A stretch of 64,000 nt of DNA from a virus, in IMG/VR virus record IMGVR_UViG_3300045391_005035; one strand, written 5' to 3'. Below the pieces are notes generated by a model. The model worked only from the letters and a program-made list of their open reading frames with translations. It was not told the DNA's origin and did not search any database. Positions 37,326 to 47,378 of the stretch are shown here, piece by piece. The stretch's first letter is position 1; each line of letters starts with the position of its first letter. The position numbers were made by a program, and so were the translations under genes.

Positions 37326-37918
37326 CAGTCCTCGTCGCCGCGGTCCCGCTCGGACCACTCCATGTAGCGTTCGTCCTCGTTCCAGTGCTCGTAGGGGCGC
37401 ATCATGCGCGCTCCCAGCTCGCCCAGCAGCTCTTCGACGACCTGCATGCGCAGCCCGGTGTCATCGCCGTGCTTCTTGTCGTTCTGGTAGAACTCGTCCG
37501 TGAACTTCTGATGCTGTTCGAGCACCTCGGAGGGCCACTGTCGCTGCGGCTTGTTCAGGACGTTCTCGTCGAACGGCGCGCCTTGGCCGATCTGTTCCTG
37601 AACCCACAGGCCGAGCTTCTCGTCGGCGTAGTCGGCCGCGCGATCGGCCATCGCGTCGGCTTCTGCCTCGCGGTCCTCGTCTGACCTGAACGAACGCTCT
37701 TCGAGCTTCGAGTTCAGGTCGTTCCATTCGCTCGCGAGCTTGTCGATCATCTCGCGACGAATCTTCGCCCTCAGGTCGTTCTCGTCCTCGGGCTCGCGAT
37801 CGTCGCTGTACGACCAGCCGCGCGTCGGGGCTCGGTAGTTGCTCCGCAGTGATGCTCCCGGGGAACGCTTGCTCGTTCGGCGCTTGCTCGACTTCTTCTT
37901 GCTCGTTCGCTTCGTCAT
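37322..37918 (-). CDS. RTSK-tagged acidic protein
   Basis: MTKRTSKKKSSKRRTSKR...LRSN then strongly acidic body. Confidence 0.65.
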   Translation of the reverse strand: MTKRTSKKKSSKRRTSKRSPGASLRSNYRAPTRGWSYSDDREPEDENDLRAKIRREMIDKLASEWNDLNSKLEERSFRSDEDREAEADAMADRAADYADEKLGLWVQEQIGQGAPFDENVLNKPQRQWPSEVLEQHQKFTDEFYQNDKKHGDDTGLRMQVVEELLGELGARMMRPYEHWNEDERYMEWSERDRGDEDW

Positions 37919-37921
37919 TGG

Positions 37922-38158
37922 TCAGCGTCTCCTTTTCGACGAGCGCTTGCGCGATGTTTTCAGCAGGCGGTACGCGCGCACGATGAGACTGCCAGCGGTG
38001 CGAGCCTTCCGCGAATCCACCGGACTGGCCACGCTAGCCGCGGCGTACAGTTCGTCCCACGCCTTCACGAGATGAAGACTGGCCGCGTTGATGTGCTCCT
38101 GGGTGTCGCGAGAGACGGTACGCGGCCCAGCGGCCTTTCGACTCGTTCGCTTCGTCAT
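37922..38158 (-). CDS. small RTSR-tagged basic protein
   Basis: MTKRTSRK...KTSRKRSSKRRR; AAGGAG RBS. Confidence 0.6.
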   Translation of the reverse strand: MTKRTSRKAAGPRTVSRDTQEHINAASLHLVKAWDELYAAASVASPVDSRKARTAGSLIVRAYRLLKTSRKRSSKRRR

Positions 38159-39087
38159 GCGGCCGCTCCTTCGTTCGCCGGCAGACCTGCGCGGCGTAGC
38201 GCGTCCTCGACACGGTACACGATGCGTCCGTGCGCACCGTATCGCCGCGCAACCACCGGCCACTCGCCGTCCCAGTCGATGAGCGTCGACTCGCCAGATC
38301 GCTTGCCGCTCTCGGCGCCGTCGACCATCGCCGAGCAGATGTCGGCCTTCCGATCGAGCGCTGAACCGTGCGACACATAGAGACCGGGCGGGAGGTGTCC
38401 GAGCGCCCGCCGGGCACCTCCGGGCAGTCGCTGTGGCAGCTCCTGCTCGCGCGCGATTTTCACCGCAGCCATGACGCGCTTGCCCGTGGCTTCCGATGTC
38501 TCCACCGTGCCGCTCTCGATGTCCTCGACCGCTTCCTCTGCGTCGTCGGGCTCCGGCTCCACTGCCGGCGTCTTCGCCTCGAAGCGACTGCCGAAGCCGG
38601 CTGGCGGCATCGCCGCGTACGTTCGGATGGGCGCCGTCGCGATAGGCGCCGGCGCAATCCTACGGCGCAGGCTGCCCTCGATAATGCGGCTCGTCTCGCG
38701 CACACGGTTCTCCGCGGCGAGCATGCGGTGCTCCAGCTCACGTACTTCCGTCGCGAGCCAGACAGCTCGCGGATCCGCGCACATGCTCAGGTACTCTGGC
38801 GCGTCGATCATCGCCTCGCTGACGAGCACGTCGGCGACCGCCCGGCGAAGCTCGGCAGTGAGCGGAAGCGTGTCGATGTCGACTCCGGCCGCCGTCGCGA
38901 GCGCGGTGAGCGCCTCGGGCAGCGGCACCTCCGAGAGCGTGACCGCGAAGAAAACGCCTTCGTCGTACCCGAACAGACGATCGAAGAAACGGAGCTTGCG
39001 ACCCACGTACCGCAGGGTGATTGCTCCGGTACTCCTGTCCTGGCTCTGCCTGATGTCGACGCGCGAGAGGTAGGTGAGGCGGCTCAT
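38155..39087 (-). CDS. hypothetical protein
   Basis: GGAGG RBS, 310-aa ORF. Confidence 0.65.
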   Translation of the reverse strand: MSRLTYLSRVDIRQSQDRSTGAITLRYVGRKLRFFDRLFGYDEGVFFAVTLSEVPLPEALTALATAAGVDIDTLPLTAELRRAVADVLVSEAMIDAPEYLSMCADPRAVWLATEVRELEHRMLAAENRVRETSRIIEGSLRRRIAPAPIATAPIRTYAAMPPAGFGSRFEAKTPAVEPEPDDAEEAVEDIESGTVETSEATGKRVMAAVKIAREQELPQRLPGGARRALGHLPPGLYVSHGSALDRKADICSAMVDGAESGKRSGESTLIDWDGEWPVVARRYGAHGRIVYRVEDALRRAGLPANEGAAA

Positions 39088-39237
39088 GAGCGGGACCTCC
39101 AGAAGAACAGAACCTGAAGCGAGGACAGTATGTCTGCTCTCAGACTTGTGGGGCACGCCTGGACCAGGTCGAACTCCTTGATGGAGCCGCCGGATCGGAC
39201 ACACCGTCCCCGCTTCAGACTCTGTTCTACCACTACC

Positions 39238-39924
39238 TCATGCGGTGATGCGACTCAGGATTGTCTGGAGGATGCGCTGGTCCATGTTGTAGCCGGAGAA
39301 CTCGGCCGACATCATGCGCACGTCGAACGGCGGCTCGCGCAGGACCTGCACCGTCAGCTCGATCGCGTCGCCGCTCATCGCGTACGAAGCGAACCCTTCG
39401 CCGAGCGGGTTGTTGGTCCCCGAGAACGGGAACGCGGTGCCCTGGCCAGGCACCGGCGGCACGGACAGCCCGGCGGCGCCCTGCGAGGGCTTGTAGTTGA
39501 TGACCTGGCCACGCGCCGTGACGTTCGTGACCATGTCGTACGGCGAGCGGTTGCCTACCTTCACCTCGAAGCCGAAGTAGCTCGCCACGCGCGCCGCCGG
39601 CACCTCGGTGATGTCCTCCACTCCGATGCCGGACTGCTGGTACACCTTGAACCCGAAGTTCTTGATGAGGAACGCCTGGTTCTGCGGCACGACCAGCTTC
39701 ACAACCGGCAGCGGCACCGGGAACGGGGGCAGGTTGCCGACGAATAGCGGCTTCGGATAGTTCCGAAAGAAGATCCTGTTGAGGAAGACGGTCGACTTCG
39801 CTGGCAGGAACTGCCAGAAGCCGTTGACAATCTGCGCGGTGACGACGGGCCTGCTGACCTCTCCTTGAGGGAGAGGCGCCGGCGGCAGGTCCTGCCGAGC
39901 ACCACGTCGCATGGAGCCGTTCAC
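39238..39924 (-). CDS. putative minor capsid (jelly-roll-like) protein
   Basis: beta-rich; VPQNQAFLI..F.F and terminal AEFSGY parallel the candidate MCP; adjacent to it. Confidence 0.4.
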   Translation of the reverse strand: MNGSMRRGARQDLPPAPLPQGEVSRPVVTAQIVNGFWQFLPAKSTVFLNRIFFRNYPKPLFVGNLPPFPVPLPVVKLVVPQNQAFLIKNFGFKVYQQSGIGVEDITEVPAARVASYFGFEVKVGNRSPYDMVTNVTARGQVINYKPSQGAAGLSVPPVPGQGTAFPFSGTNNPLGEGFASYAMSGDAIELTVQVLREPPFDVRMMSAEFSGYNMDQRILQTILSRITA

Positions 39925-39932
39925 GGCCTACC

Positions 39933-40871
39933 TCACGTCGCCGGCGACTGCGCCTGGAGGATCTTGTAGCCGAGCATCGTGAAGTAGAGCGTGCCGCCGA
40001 TCGCGACGACGGCGCGGCCCACGGTCGGATCGTCGCCCGACGGATCGGGCGGCGGCTGCTGCTGACCCTCGGCGAAGCCGTTGGGCAGCTGCGCGTAGTT
40101 GACCTCGGCGAATCCGAGATCGCGCGTGAGCGTCGCCTTGAACTGGATCACCGCGCTCTGCGAGAAGAAGTCCGAGATGGGCAGGTACAGAGGCCGATCG
40201 AACTCGCTGAAGATGTAGCGGCTCGGGATCGGAATCTGGTTCTGCCGGTTGCGGTCCACCGACGCATCGTAGATCTCGAAGAGGAAGTCGGCCTCACCAG
40301 GGCGGAACGTCTGGACCGCCTGCGCGCCCGCGACCGTGATCGGACCCACGCGTGCTCCGATGTACGCGCCCGAGAACGGGTCGGCGGTGCTGGCGACCGG
40401 ACGGAAACGACCAGTGAGCGGCGTGATGACCTCGGTGCCCGCCACCGGGTCGCCCGGACGCCCCTCGTTCTGGCTGCCGTAGGGGCCGACCGAGTACGTC
40501 TTCATCAGCATCGCGCTGAGGTACGTCGTGCAGACGAACGGGCCGTCCTGCGAGATCGGCTGCGTGTCCTGCATCTGCTTGCCGGCGAGCGTCACCGACG
40601 GCTGATCCGGACCCGGGATGTTGATCTGGAAGTTCAGGAAGTAGGGCACCCGCTTGCCGGGGATGTCCTCGATGTAGCGGATGCGCTTCGCTGCCTTCGC
40701 GAGCGAGTCGGCGAGGCGACGCAACTCCAGCTTGTTGTCCGCGAACTCGCCCGCCATCTTGCGGTACGCGCGATGCAGCGCTTCGAGCTGCGTGCGCTGA
40801 CGAAGCTCGCGGTCCTCCATCTGACGGAGGTAGGCGGAGACCTGCGGGTCGCTTACGAACGGGGGCGGCAT
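39933..40871 (-). CDS. putative minor capsid/penton-like protein
   Basis: N-terminal coiled coil then beta-rich domain, ISQDGPFV, PLYLP, terminal LYFTMLGYKI. Confidence 0.45.
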   Translation of the reverse strand: MPPPFVSDPQVSAYLRQMEDRELRQRTQLEALHRAYRKMAGEFADNKLELRRLADSLAKAAKRIRYIEDIPGKRVPYFLNFQINIPGPDQPSVTLAGKQMQDTQPISQDGPFVCTTYLSAMLMKTYSVGPYGSQNEGRPGDPVAGTEVITPLTGRFRPVASTADPFSGAYIGARVGPITVAGAQAVQTFRPGEADFLFEIYDASVDRNRQNQIPIPSRYIFSEFDRPLYLPISDFFSQSAVIQFKATLTRDLGFAEVNYAQLPNGFAEGQQQPPPDPSGDDPTVGRAVVAIGGTLYFTMLGYKILQAQSPAT

Positions 40872-41008
40872 CGTGACCTTCCTCTGCCCGTTGTTCGGGC
40901 GTTGGCTTGGTGTTTCGGCTGTTGGTCGCCGTCTCCGAAATCGAGCTGGTGTTCGATCTCAGAGACCGCGAGGCGGCCCCGCGAAGGGCCGCCCAGCGAT
41001 CGCGTCGC

Positions 41009-41776
41009 TCAGAGAACGTCGCGCGAGTGGATGCCGTCGATCAGGTACTTGATGTCCTTCTCGATGTCGTCCGTGCCGGCGACCGACACGTCGCCGGTCG
41101 AGAGGGCCGTCTGACCCGTGGTGATCGCCGCGAGCGGACCGACGCTGCCGTCGATCAGGCCCAGGAGCTGCTCCTGGATGCTCGCGCCCGGCGCCTGGCC
41201 CATCTGGGCGAGCGTCGCGATGCACTGGAAGCCCTGACGGGGCGGGATGAGGATCGGACGCGCCAGGCGCATCAGCGCCGACGACGTCGGCACGCCGTTG
41301 TTCGCGCGCGGGAGGCGCGAGTCGGCGAAGAAGCCGTCGAGGCCGCCGGCGAACGGCGTGTACGCCGTGAACGTCGTCAGCTGCGGCTTGTCGCCGGCCT
41401 GGAACTGCCAGAACAGCTGGTTCTGGCTCTGGTGGTAGAGCTTGTGGACGCGCATCGTGCGGTCCGGGAACACGCCCGGAACCGAGCCGACGGACTGCGT
41501 CGCGCCGGCGACGGTGTAGGTGGCCTCCGGGTTGAACCGGAAGTAGCACCAGACGCGCACGGCGAGCGTGATGAACGTCTGATCCGACGGGAAGGTGCCA
41601 CCCGTCGTGAGGTTGCTGACCGCCAGCTCCGCGCCCGAGCGCAGGAAGAGCTGCACGCGGCTGGAGAGCTGGTTCGCGCCCGGGTTCGCGCGGAGGTCGA
41701 CGTGACCGTCCGTGCGGATGAGGCTGTCGTAGAAGGGCTGGTGGACGCGCTCGCGCGTTCCGACGATCTTCGGCAT
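41009..41776 (-). CDS. putative major capsid protein (single jelly-roll-like)
   Basis: QPFYDS...SNL..GG.FP..Q.F...AVRV...NGVP...L.RPILIP....F...YLIDG..SRDV; very strong C/G third-position bias; long 5' leader. Confidence 0.55.
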   Translation of the reverse strand: MPKIVGTRERVHQPFYDSLIRTDGHVDLRANPGANQLSSRVQLFLRSGAELAVSNLTTGGTFPSDQTFITLAVRVWCYFRFNPEATYTVAGATQSVGSVPGVFPDRTMRVHKLYHQSQNQLFWQFQAGDKPQLTTFTAYTPFAGGLDGFFADSRLPRANNGVPTSSALMRLARPILIPPRQGFQCIATLAQMGQAPGASIQEQLLGLIDGSVGPLAAITTGQTALSTGDVSVAGTDDIEKDIKYLIDGIHSRDVL

Positions 41777-41969
41777 GTTCGTTCTCACTCCCGGAGCTGT
41801 GCTCCGTTACGTATCGCCCGAGACCCCTCGGGTGATGTCCACGCCAAGTCCACTACCTGGCACCCCACGATGTTCGAATCCTTTTCAGGGGATTCTTTCT
41901 GCGACCCGGAACTCCCTCGTGGTCAGAGAGCTTTCACCCGTCGGCTACCGGGTCACAGGAAGTCTTGTG

Positions 41970-42686
41970 TCAGCTCCCACCCGCACTGAAGATGTTGCGA
42001 GCGTAGATGCCTCCGGCCCAGCCGCGATCGCGTGGCGAGCCCATCGTCTCCGTCACCGGGATGAACGCCCTCTTGCGGATCGCAGGCAGAGCCATGTCGA
42101 TCGGCTCGACGGTCGAGATCGCCTCGACCGCAGAGAGAGCATCGTCCGCGTCGTCGACGCCGAGCATGCCCTTGTACGGCGCACCCGCGTGGCTCACGTC
42201 GACCATCAGACCACCACCGAGCGACGAGCGCTGGTAGTACCCGCTCAGCACGTTCGCCGGCGGGGGCGTCGCAGCCGATGCGTTCGCCGCATCGACCGGG
42301 AGCATCGAGGAAGGAATCAGGGGCAGCAGTCCGGCGACGCCGGCGCCAGCGGCGACGGTCATCTGCGTCTCGGGGGAGAGCCCGAGCGAGTCACCGAACA
42401 TGTACGCGCCGTACGCGGCTGCCGACGAGGCGACGGCCGCGATCAGCCGGCGGTCCTGCCCAGGCAGGATCATCGGGCCGACCTTCGAGCCGAGCCACTG
42501 CGTGAGCAGCACGCCGCCCGTCGCGCCGAGCGCCGGGAACACGATCTTCTCCATCACGTCGATGCCGCCGAGCGTCGCGTTGCGCGCGAGACGACGCAGG
42601 GCACCACGAGCGTTCGTGAGCAGCACGTACCGGTTGCGACGTACCTTGCGGCGGCCGCTCCTGCTCGTGCGCTTCTTCTTGCTCAT
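41970..42686 (-). CDS. multi-TM membrane protein with basic leader; paralog of 42733-45039 C-terminal half
   Basis: MSKKKRTSRSGRRKVRRNRYVL; ~3 TM; PIDMA...GGIYARNIF. Confidence 0.7.
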   Translation of the reverse strand: MSKKKRTSRSGRRKVRRNRYVLLTNARGALRRLARNATLGGIDVMEKIVFPALGATGGVLLTQWLGSKVGPMILPGQDRRLIAAVASSAAAYGAYMFGDSLGLSPETQMTVAAGAGVAGLLPLIPSSMLPVDAANASAATPPPANVLSGYYQRSSLGGGLMVDVSHAGAPYKGMLGVDDADDALSAVEAISTVEPIDMALPAIRKRAFIPVTETMGSPRDRGWAGGIYARNIFSAGGS

Positions 42687-42732
42687 GGTGCCCTTGCTCC
42701 TCGTGATGGGTGGATGCGTCAGTTGCTGACCA

Positions 42733-45039
42733 TCAGGTCAGCGAGCCGCCGAAGATCGAGCGGGCGAAGATGCCGCCCTCGCCGGTGCGACCCTCGGACG
42801 TCACCATGGACGTCTTGATGGGCAGCGTGCGGTGCATGACGCTGGTGACCTCGCGCGCCATGTCGATCGGCTGCTCGATCGACACGAACGGCGGCTGCTG
42901 GAGGCCGCCGGGGCCGACCGGCGGCGTGAGCGTCGGGACCGCGATCGGCGAACCGACCACGCCCGGCGTCCCCGCGTCACCCATGCCGGCCGCCGCGTAC
43001 ATCGTGCCCATGCCGGCCGCCGCCTCGTAGGCGCCGACGCCCGCGGCCGCTTCCATGGTGTCCATCAGGCCGTCGACCGACGCCTGATCGCCCATGCCGG
43101 CCGCCGCGTACATCGTCGGCGATCCGAGGCCGCCGAGCGGCTGGTCGACGTACTCGCCCATCGGCTGATCGACGTACTCGCCCATCGAGGGGTCCTGCAC
43201 GTACGCGCCGAGCGGCTGATCGACGTACTCGCCGAAGCCCGCGCCCCAGCGACCGAGGTACGGCGCCGCCTGCGTGCCACGCAGGAGCCGCACGGCGACC
43301 GCGCAGCCCATGCCCGCGACGATCGGCGTGAGGTTCTGGCGGAGCATCGCCGGCAGCTTGCCGCCGAACGCGATCGCGAGACCCGCGACGCCAGCGCCGA
43401 CGAGCGACTTCGTGACGATCGGGTCCGCGCGACCCGCGTCGAGCATGTTCGTGATCGCCGGGACGCCAGCGGCGAGGTTCGCCGCTGCGTTCGCGGCCAT
43501 CAGGCCGCCCACGGCGTACGCACCCGGGATCGCGACCTGGTTGATCGGATCGACGCCGAAGATCGTCATGTTGCGCATCAGCACGTAGCGGTTCCGCTTC
43601 ATGCCCTTCGAGTGACGACGACGACGGCCGTTGCGGCTGACGTGCTTCTTGCTGTGGCGCTTCCGACTGTTCCGACGCATCGAGGACCTCCCGTTCGCGC
43701 TCACGCGCTTCTTGCTGTACCGCTTCTTGCTGTACCCGGACCGCATCGCGCGGGCGTGGGCATCCGACGCCGCTCCACCGAAGTGGAACTTGCGCACGTA
43801 GGCGCGCTCGCTCACGTGCCCCGGCACGTAGACGGCGTAGCCCTTGCGCTTGCTGCGCGGGCCGAACTCGACGAGCTGCACGCGCTGCCCGGTCGGGAGC
43901 CCACGACGCTGGCTGACGCGGCCGAGCATGTTCGCCGCCATGCGGATGCCCGCCGCCCGACGCTTCGGGTGCTTGCTCGTGATGTGGATGTACGGCGGGT
44001 TGAAGAGCCGACCGGTGCGGAACGGCGACGCCGCGAAGCCCTTGACGCGCTTGTAGCCGCCACGTGCCTTCGACGTCAGGTGGAAGCGTCCGTGCTTGCG
44101 GCTGAGACGACCACGCTGCTGCGCCTTGCGGCTCGCCCTCGCAGCGACCGCCGCAGCGGACTCGGCAGCCTTCGCGGCGCGACGCGCCTTCGCGGCGGCC
44201 TTGTTCGCCGCCTTCTTGGACGACTTCTTCGCCTTCTTCGCCTTGCTCGTGGCCTTCGAGGCGGCCTTCTTCGCCTTGCTCGCATGCTTGCGTGCGCTCG
44301 CGGCGGCCTTGCTCGCGACCTTCTTCGACGTCGCCTTCTTCGCCTTCGACGCGGCCTTCTTCGCAGCGCTCGCCTGCTTGCTCGCGCTCTTCGCAGCCTT
44401 CGACGCGGCCTTCGCCGTCACGCGGCCGCCGGTCACGGTCGCCGCCGACTTGCTCTTCTTGTGCGACCGCTTCGAGGCCGACGCGAGAGCGCTCGACACG
44501 CGCTTGCGCTGCGCGCTCGTCATCGACGCGAACGCTGCCTGCGGACCCGTCGCCTTGCGTCCGCCCTTCGAGCGCCGCCGACCGCTTCCGACGTCGATGC
44601 CGCGAGCCGCGGCCTTCACGGCCTCGCGATCTGCGGTCGACATGTTGCGACGCATCGCACGCTTGAGCGCCTTGAGGTTGTACGCCATCGAGCTTCTCCC
44701 TGTGTTCCGAAGGACCTGCTTGCGGCTCATGGGACGAGCCATGACCGTTCCCCACTCGTCGACCGCGACGAGGCGAGCACCGTTCGAGTCCGCGTGCTTC
44801 TCGGCCCAGCCGCGGGCACCGCGCACCGTTCGATACGCAGGACTGAGACGCTGATTGCGACCACGCGTCGCGCCGCGGATCCACTGAAATGGATTGCGCA
44901 CAGGCGGGCGACCAGGGTTGATCACCGTCATGTGCGTAACGCCGCCCACGTTCGGCTCCATGCCGGGGCTGCGCTCGTACTTCCGAGCGACGGACTTCGT
45001 GCTCTTGCGGTAGACCAAGGCCATCTGGACGCAACTCAC
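42733..45039 (-). CDS. histone-H1-like basic core protein fused to TM region and GEYVDQP/AAAGMG repeats (putative polyprotein)
   Basis: long K/A/S/R-rich tract, many [VLM]xxN junctions, ~3 TM, acidic repeats; start could be 45024. Confidence 0.75.
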   Translation of the reverse strand: MSCVQMALVYRKSTKSVARKYERSPGMEPNVGGVTHMTVINPGRPPVRNPFQWIRGATRGRNQRLSPAYRTVRGARGWAEKHADSNGARLVAVDEWGTVMARPMSRKQVLRNTGRSSMAYNLKALKRAMRRNMSTADREAVKAAARGIDVGSGRRRSKGGRKATGPQAAFASMTSAQRKRVSSALASASKRSHKKSKSAATVTGGRVTAKAASKAAKSASKQASAAKKAASKAKKATSKKVASKAAASARKHASKAKKAASKATSKAKKAKKSSKKAANKAAAKARRAAKAAESAAAVAARASRKAQQRGRLSRKHGRFHLTSKARGGYKRVKGFAASPFRTGRLFNPPYIHITSKHPKRRAAGIRMAANMLGRVSQRRGLPTGQRVQLVEFGPRSKRKGYAVYVPGHVSERAYVRKFHFGGAASDAHARAMRSGYSKKRYSKKRVSANGRSSMRRNSRKRHSKKHVSRNGRRRRHSKGMKRNRYVLMRNMTIFGVDPINQVAIPGAYAVGGLMAANAAANLAAGVPAITNMLDAGRADPIVTKSLVGAGVAGLAIAFGGKLPAMLRQNLTPIVAGMGCAVAVRLLRGTQAAPYLGRWGAGFGEYVDQPLGAYVQDPSMGEYVDQPMGEYVDQPLGGLGSPTMYAAAGMGDQASVDGLMDTMEAAAGVGAYEAAAGMGTMYAAAGMGDAGTPGVVGSPIAVPTLTPPVGPGGLQQPPFVSIEQPIDMAREVTSVMHRTLPIKTSMVTSEGRTGEGGIFARSIFGGSLT

Positions 45040-45151
45040 CCGCTCGACCCCTGAGAGCAGGTGAGAAGCGCGAGAGCGCGCCCCAGGTCTTCGATGAGAA
45101 CCCTACGGGGGTCCTTTCCTCGATGCAAGAGAAATCGTCAGCGAGTGATCG

Positions 45152-45370
45152 CTATCCGATCCGACGCGTCGTGTCGTCTGGATGCGGCATAGGCGGGTTC
45201 TGCAAATCGTAGTCGTCCATTCGTGGCGAAGTCGCAGCCTGCATGCGCTCGCTCTTCGGAAGAAGACGCAAGCCACGTGCAGAATCCTTCACGCCACGAG
45301 CGACTCGTCGCACCTCGGCGAGCTGACGACGCATCTCCGACACATGTGGGTCGACTTTGGTCTCGCTCAT
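45152..45370 (-). CDS. hypothetical protein
   Basis: GGAGG RBS. Confidence 0.5.
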   Translation of the reverse strand: MSETKVDPHVSEMRRQLAEVRRVARGVKDSARGLRLLPKSERMQAATSPRMDDYDLQNPPMPHPDDTTRRIG

Positions 45371-45708
45371 CTAGACCTCCCGTAGCCTCCCGTGGAGACG
45401 CTTTTCCCCACGATCGCTTCGAGTGAGCTGATTCGCGTTTCGACGCGCGCCAGCGCCTCGATCATGTTCTCGCTCACAGCACGCGTTTCCGCCTGTGATC
45501 GAACTTGCTCTCTCGCTGCCTCGCTGAAGTCTTTGATGACTGCGATCACCGTGCCAGACACGGCCTTCGAGTCTTCGATGTGCTCCTTGCGCGACTTCGC
45601 AAGCTCTCGCGTCTGATGAAACGCAAATCCTGCAAGCGGCGCGAGGACCAGGAGGAATACTGCTCCGAACGCGCCCCACTGCTGCGTGATCAGCTCGGCG
45701 TTTTCCAT
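45367..45708 (-). CDS. holin-like single-TM coiled-coil protein
   Basis: QWGAFGAVFLLVL TM followed by coiled coil. Confidence 0.5.
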   Translation of the reverse strand: MENAELITQQWGAFGAVFLLVLAPLAGFAFHQTRELAKSRKEHIEDSKAVSGTVIAVIKDFSEAAREQVRSQAETRAVSENMIEALARVETRISSLEAIVGKSVSTGGYGRSR

Positions 45709-45711
45709 GAC

Positions 45712-46380
45712 TCAGCCGTCGATACCTTCCTTGAGCACTCGCAACTTCCCCCCCTTGAGAATACAGAGGAATCCTGCGTCTCCGTTCGGCTGCGGCTTCG
45801 GAGAGAACACTGCGAGCGTGTGTCCATCCGGAGCCGCGAGCAGCCACGTGTTACGTGGGTTCACCTCGTGAATCTGACCGTCGTCGTCACGACGGACGAA
45901 CAACCCGAGGCAGTAGCCAAGGCGCGCCCATGCCGACGACGGCGGCAGCGACACCCTCTCGACGCCCGCGTTGCGCTTCAGCTGCGCCTCCGCGAACTTG
46001 GCGTTTTCGTAGAGCCGGACGCCCTTGCCTTCGCGGTATTCGCGACCTTCGTAGGGCTCGTGCCGGTGCTTGTAGTCGGTGTCGACTTCCTCTTCGCCGT
46101 CCTTCGTCCACTTGCTCGACCGGTACATCACCGAGAGCGCGTCGCCGACTGGGACGATCTGCGTGGGCGGGTTGTACGGCACGCGAACCACCATGCGCGG
46201 TGCCTTCTGCTGAAAGATCTCGTACCGATCCATCGCTCGGTCGAGCGCGGTGCCAGCGGCGCCGTGGATCTTGTCAGGATCGATCTCCGTTCCGAATGTC
46301 CGCGCTTCGACGGTGCGATTCGGCTTGAGCTGACGACTCGCTCGACGACCTCGGCTCGACCTCTTGCTCGTGCGCTTCAT
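45712..46380 (-). CDS. RTSK-tagged protein
   Basis: MKRTSKRSSRGRRASRQLKPN; Y.S.KW...Y.H.H...GG.L.V...GI.G. Confidence 0.65.
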   Translation of the reverse strand: MKRTSKRSSRGRRASRQLKPNRTVEARTFGTEIDPDKIHGAAGTALDRAMDRYEIFQQKAPRMVVRVPYNPPTQIVPVGDALSVMYRSSKWTKDGEEEVDTDYKHRHEPYEGREYREGKGVRLYENAKFAEAQLKRNAGVERVSLPPSSAWARLGYCLGLFVRRDDDGQIHEVNPRNTWLLAAPDGHTLAVFSPKPQPNGDAGFLCILKGGKLRVLKEGIDG

Positions 46381-46706
46381 CGACGCCTCCACCACCATGC
46401 GGCCGCCGCCCCGACGAGACCGCCGATCGCGTACTTCTTGAGGTCGTCGTTGCTCGGCATGTCGAGACCGAGTCCCGCGAGCGGACCGGTGCCTCGCACG
46501 CGAACCTCTCCGCGGCACATGTGGTCGTAGCCGACGAACTGTGCGTCGGACGGCAGCGGATTCATCTGCGTGTCGGGGTCCGCGCCGAGACGGCCGACGT
46601 TCCGCGGTCGCGGTGGCTTCGGATCGTCACCCACGGAGGCGGGACGGGCGTCGCGATAGATCGCCCACGAGTTGCGGTCCCAGTCCCAAACGGAGTACAG
46701 CGCCAT
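46377..46706 (-). CDS. small C-terminal TM protein
   Basis: LAGLG then TM and WWWRRR. Confidence 0.65.
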   Translation of the reverse strand: MALYSVWDWDRNSWAIYRDARPASVGDDPKPPRPRNVGRLGADPDTQMNPLPSDAQFVGYDHMCRGEVRVRGTGPLAGLGLDMPSNDDLKKYAIGGLVGAAAAWWWRRR

Positions 46707-46770
46707 CGGTCCCTTCCTCGGTGACCAAGCGTGCCCGACGTCAGAGTAGCATGGTGATCGTCGACGCCGC

Positions 46771-47376
46771 TTATTTGTTCGCTCGACGCGCGCCGAGCCA
46801 ATCCCTCGCAGAGAACGGTCGCCCTTCGTTCCCACTGTTGCGTCGCATCCGGCTCGGATGCGTCTCCAAGCCGTGGCGACGCAGCAGTGCTTCGACGTTG
46901 CGAACCTGGCGCGGCGCGCCGAGGTCATTGCTGACGTAGACGGGCGGCACGTTCTTGTCCGGCGACCTGAAGACCAGGTGGCCGGAGCGAGTGTGCTCGA
47001 TCTCCCAGCCAGCTTCGCGCGCCATGTCTTCGATGCGTCGGATGTCGCTGCCGCCGCGCCCACGACTGACGCGCTTGCCGCCGTTCGCGCGCAACGGGTT
47101 CTTCTTCGCTGCCCACCATTCGTGGTCGAGCTTGGCGGTCGCGTCTTCGAGCGCCTCGATCTTCGCGTCGAACACGAGCTTCTCGCGGTCCCAGTCGTCC
47201 CACCGCTCCGCCTTCATCAGCTCGTACATTCGATCGCGTCGCTGCTCCTGAAGCCTCGCGATCTTCTCGTTGATGGGATCGGCTTCCTTGCGGATCTGCG
47301 CTCGCGTCCGGCCTGCGTTCGGGCGAACCTGACGACTCGTGCGACTTGCGATCTTGCGTGATGTTCGTCGCGCCAC
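46771..47376 (-). CDS. RTSR-tagged protein with HicA-like domain
   Basis: AREAGWEIEHTRSGHLVFRSPD...VYVS...RNVEALLRRHG flanked by LRAN and MRRN. Confidence 0.65.
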   Translation of the reverse strand: MARRTSRKIASRTSRQVRPNAGRTRAQIRKEADPINEKIARLQEQRRDRMYELMKAERWDDWDREKLVFDAKIEALEDATAKLDHEWWAAKKNPLRANGGKRVSRGRGGSDIRRIEDMAREAGWEIEHTRSGHLVFRSPDKNVPPVYVSNDLGAPRQVRNVEALLRRHGLETHPSRMRRNSGNEGRPFSARDWLGARRANK

Positions 47377-47378
47377 GA

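Noticed and set aside
42832-45054. Long antisense/alternate-frame ORFs (also 3541-5340, 12043-13626, 59294-61105, 62574-63785)
   Set aside because: Shadow ORFs expected from high GC and third-position bias opposite well-supported genes; no motifs or RBS.
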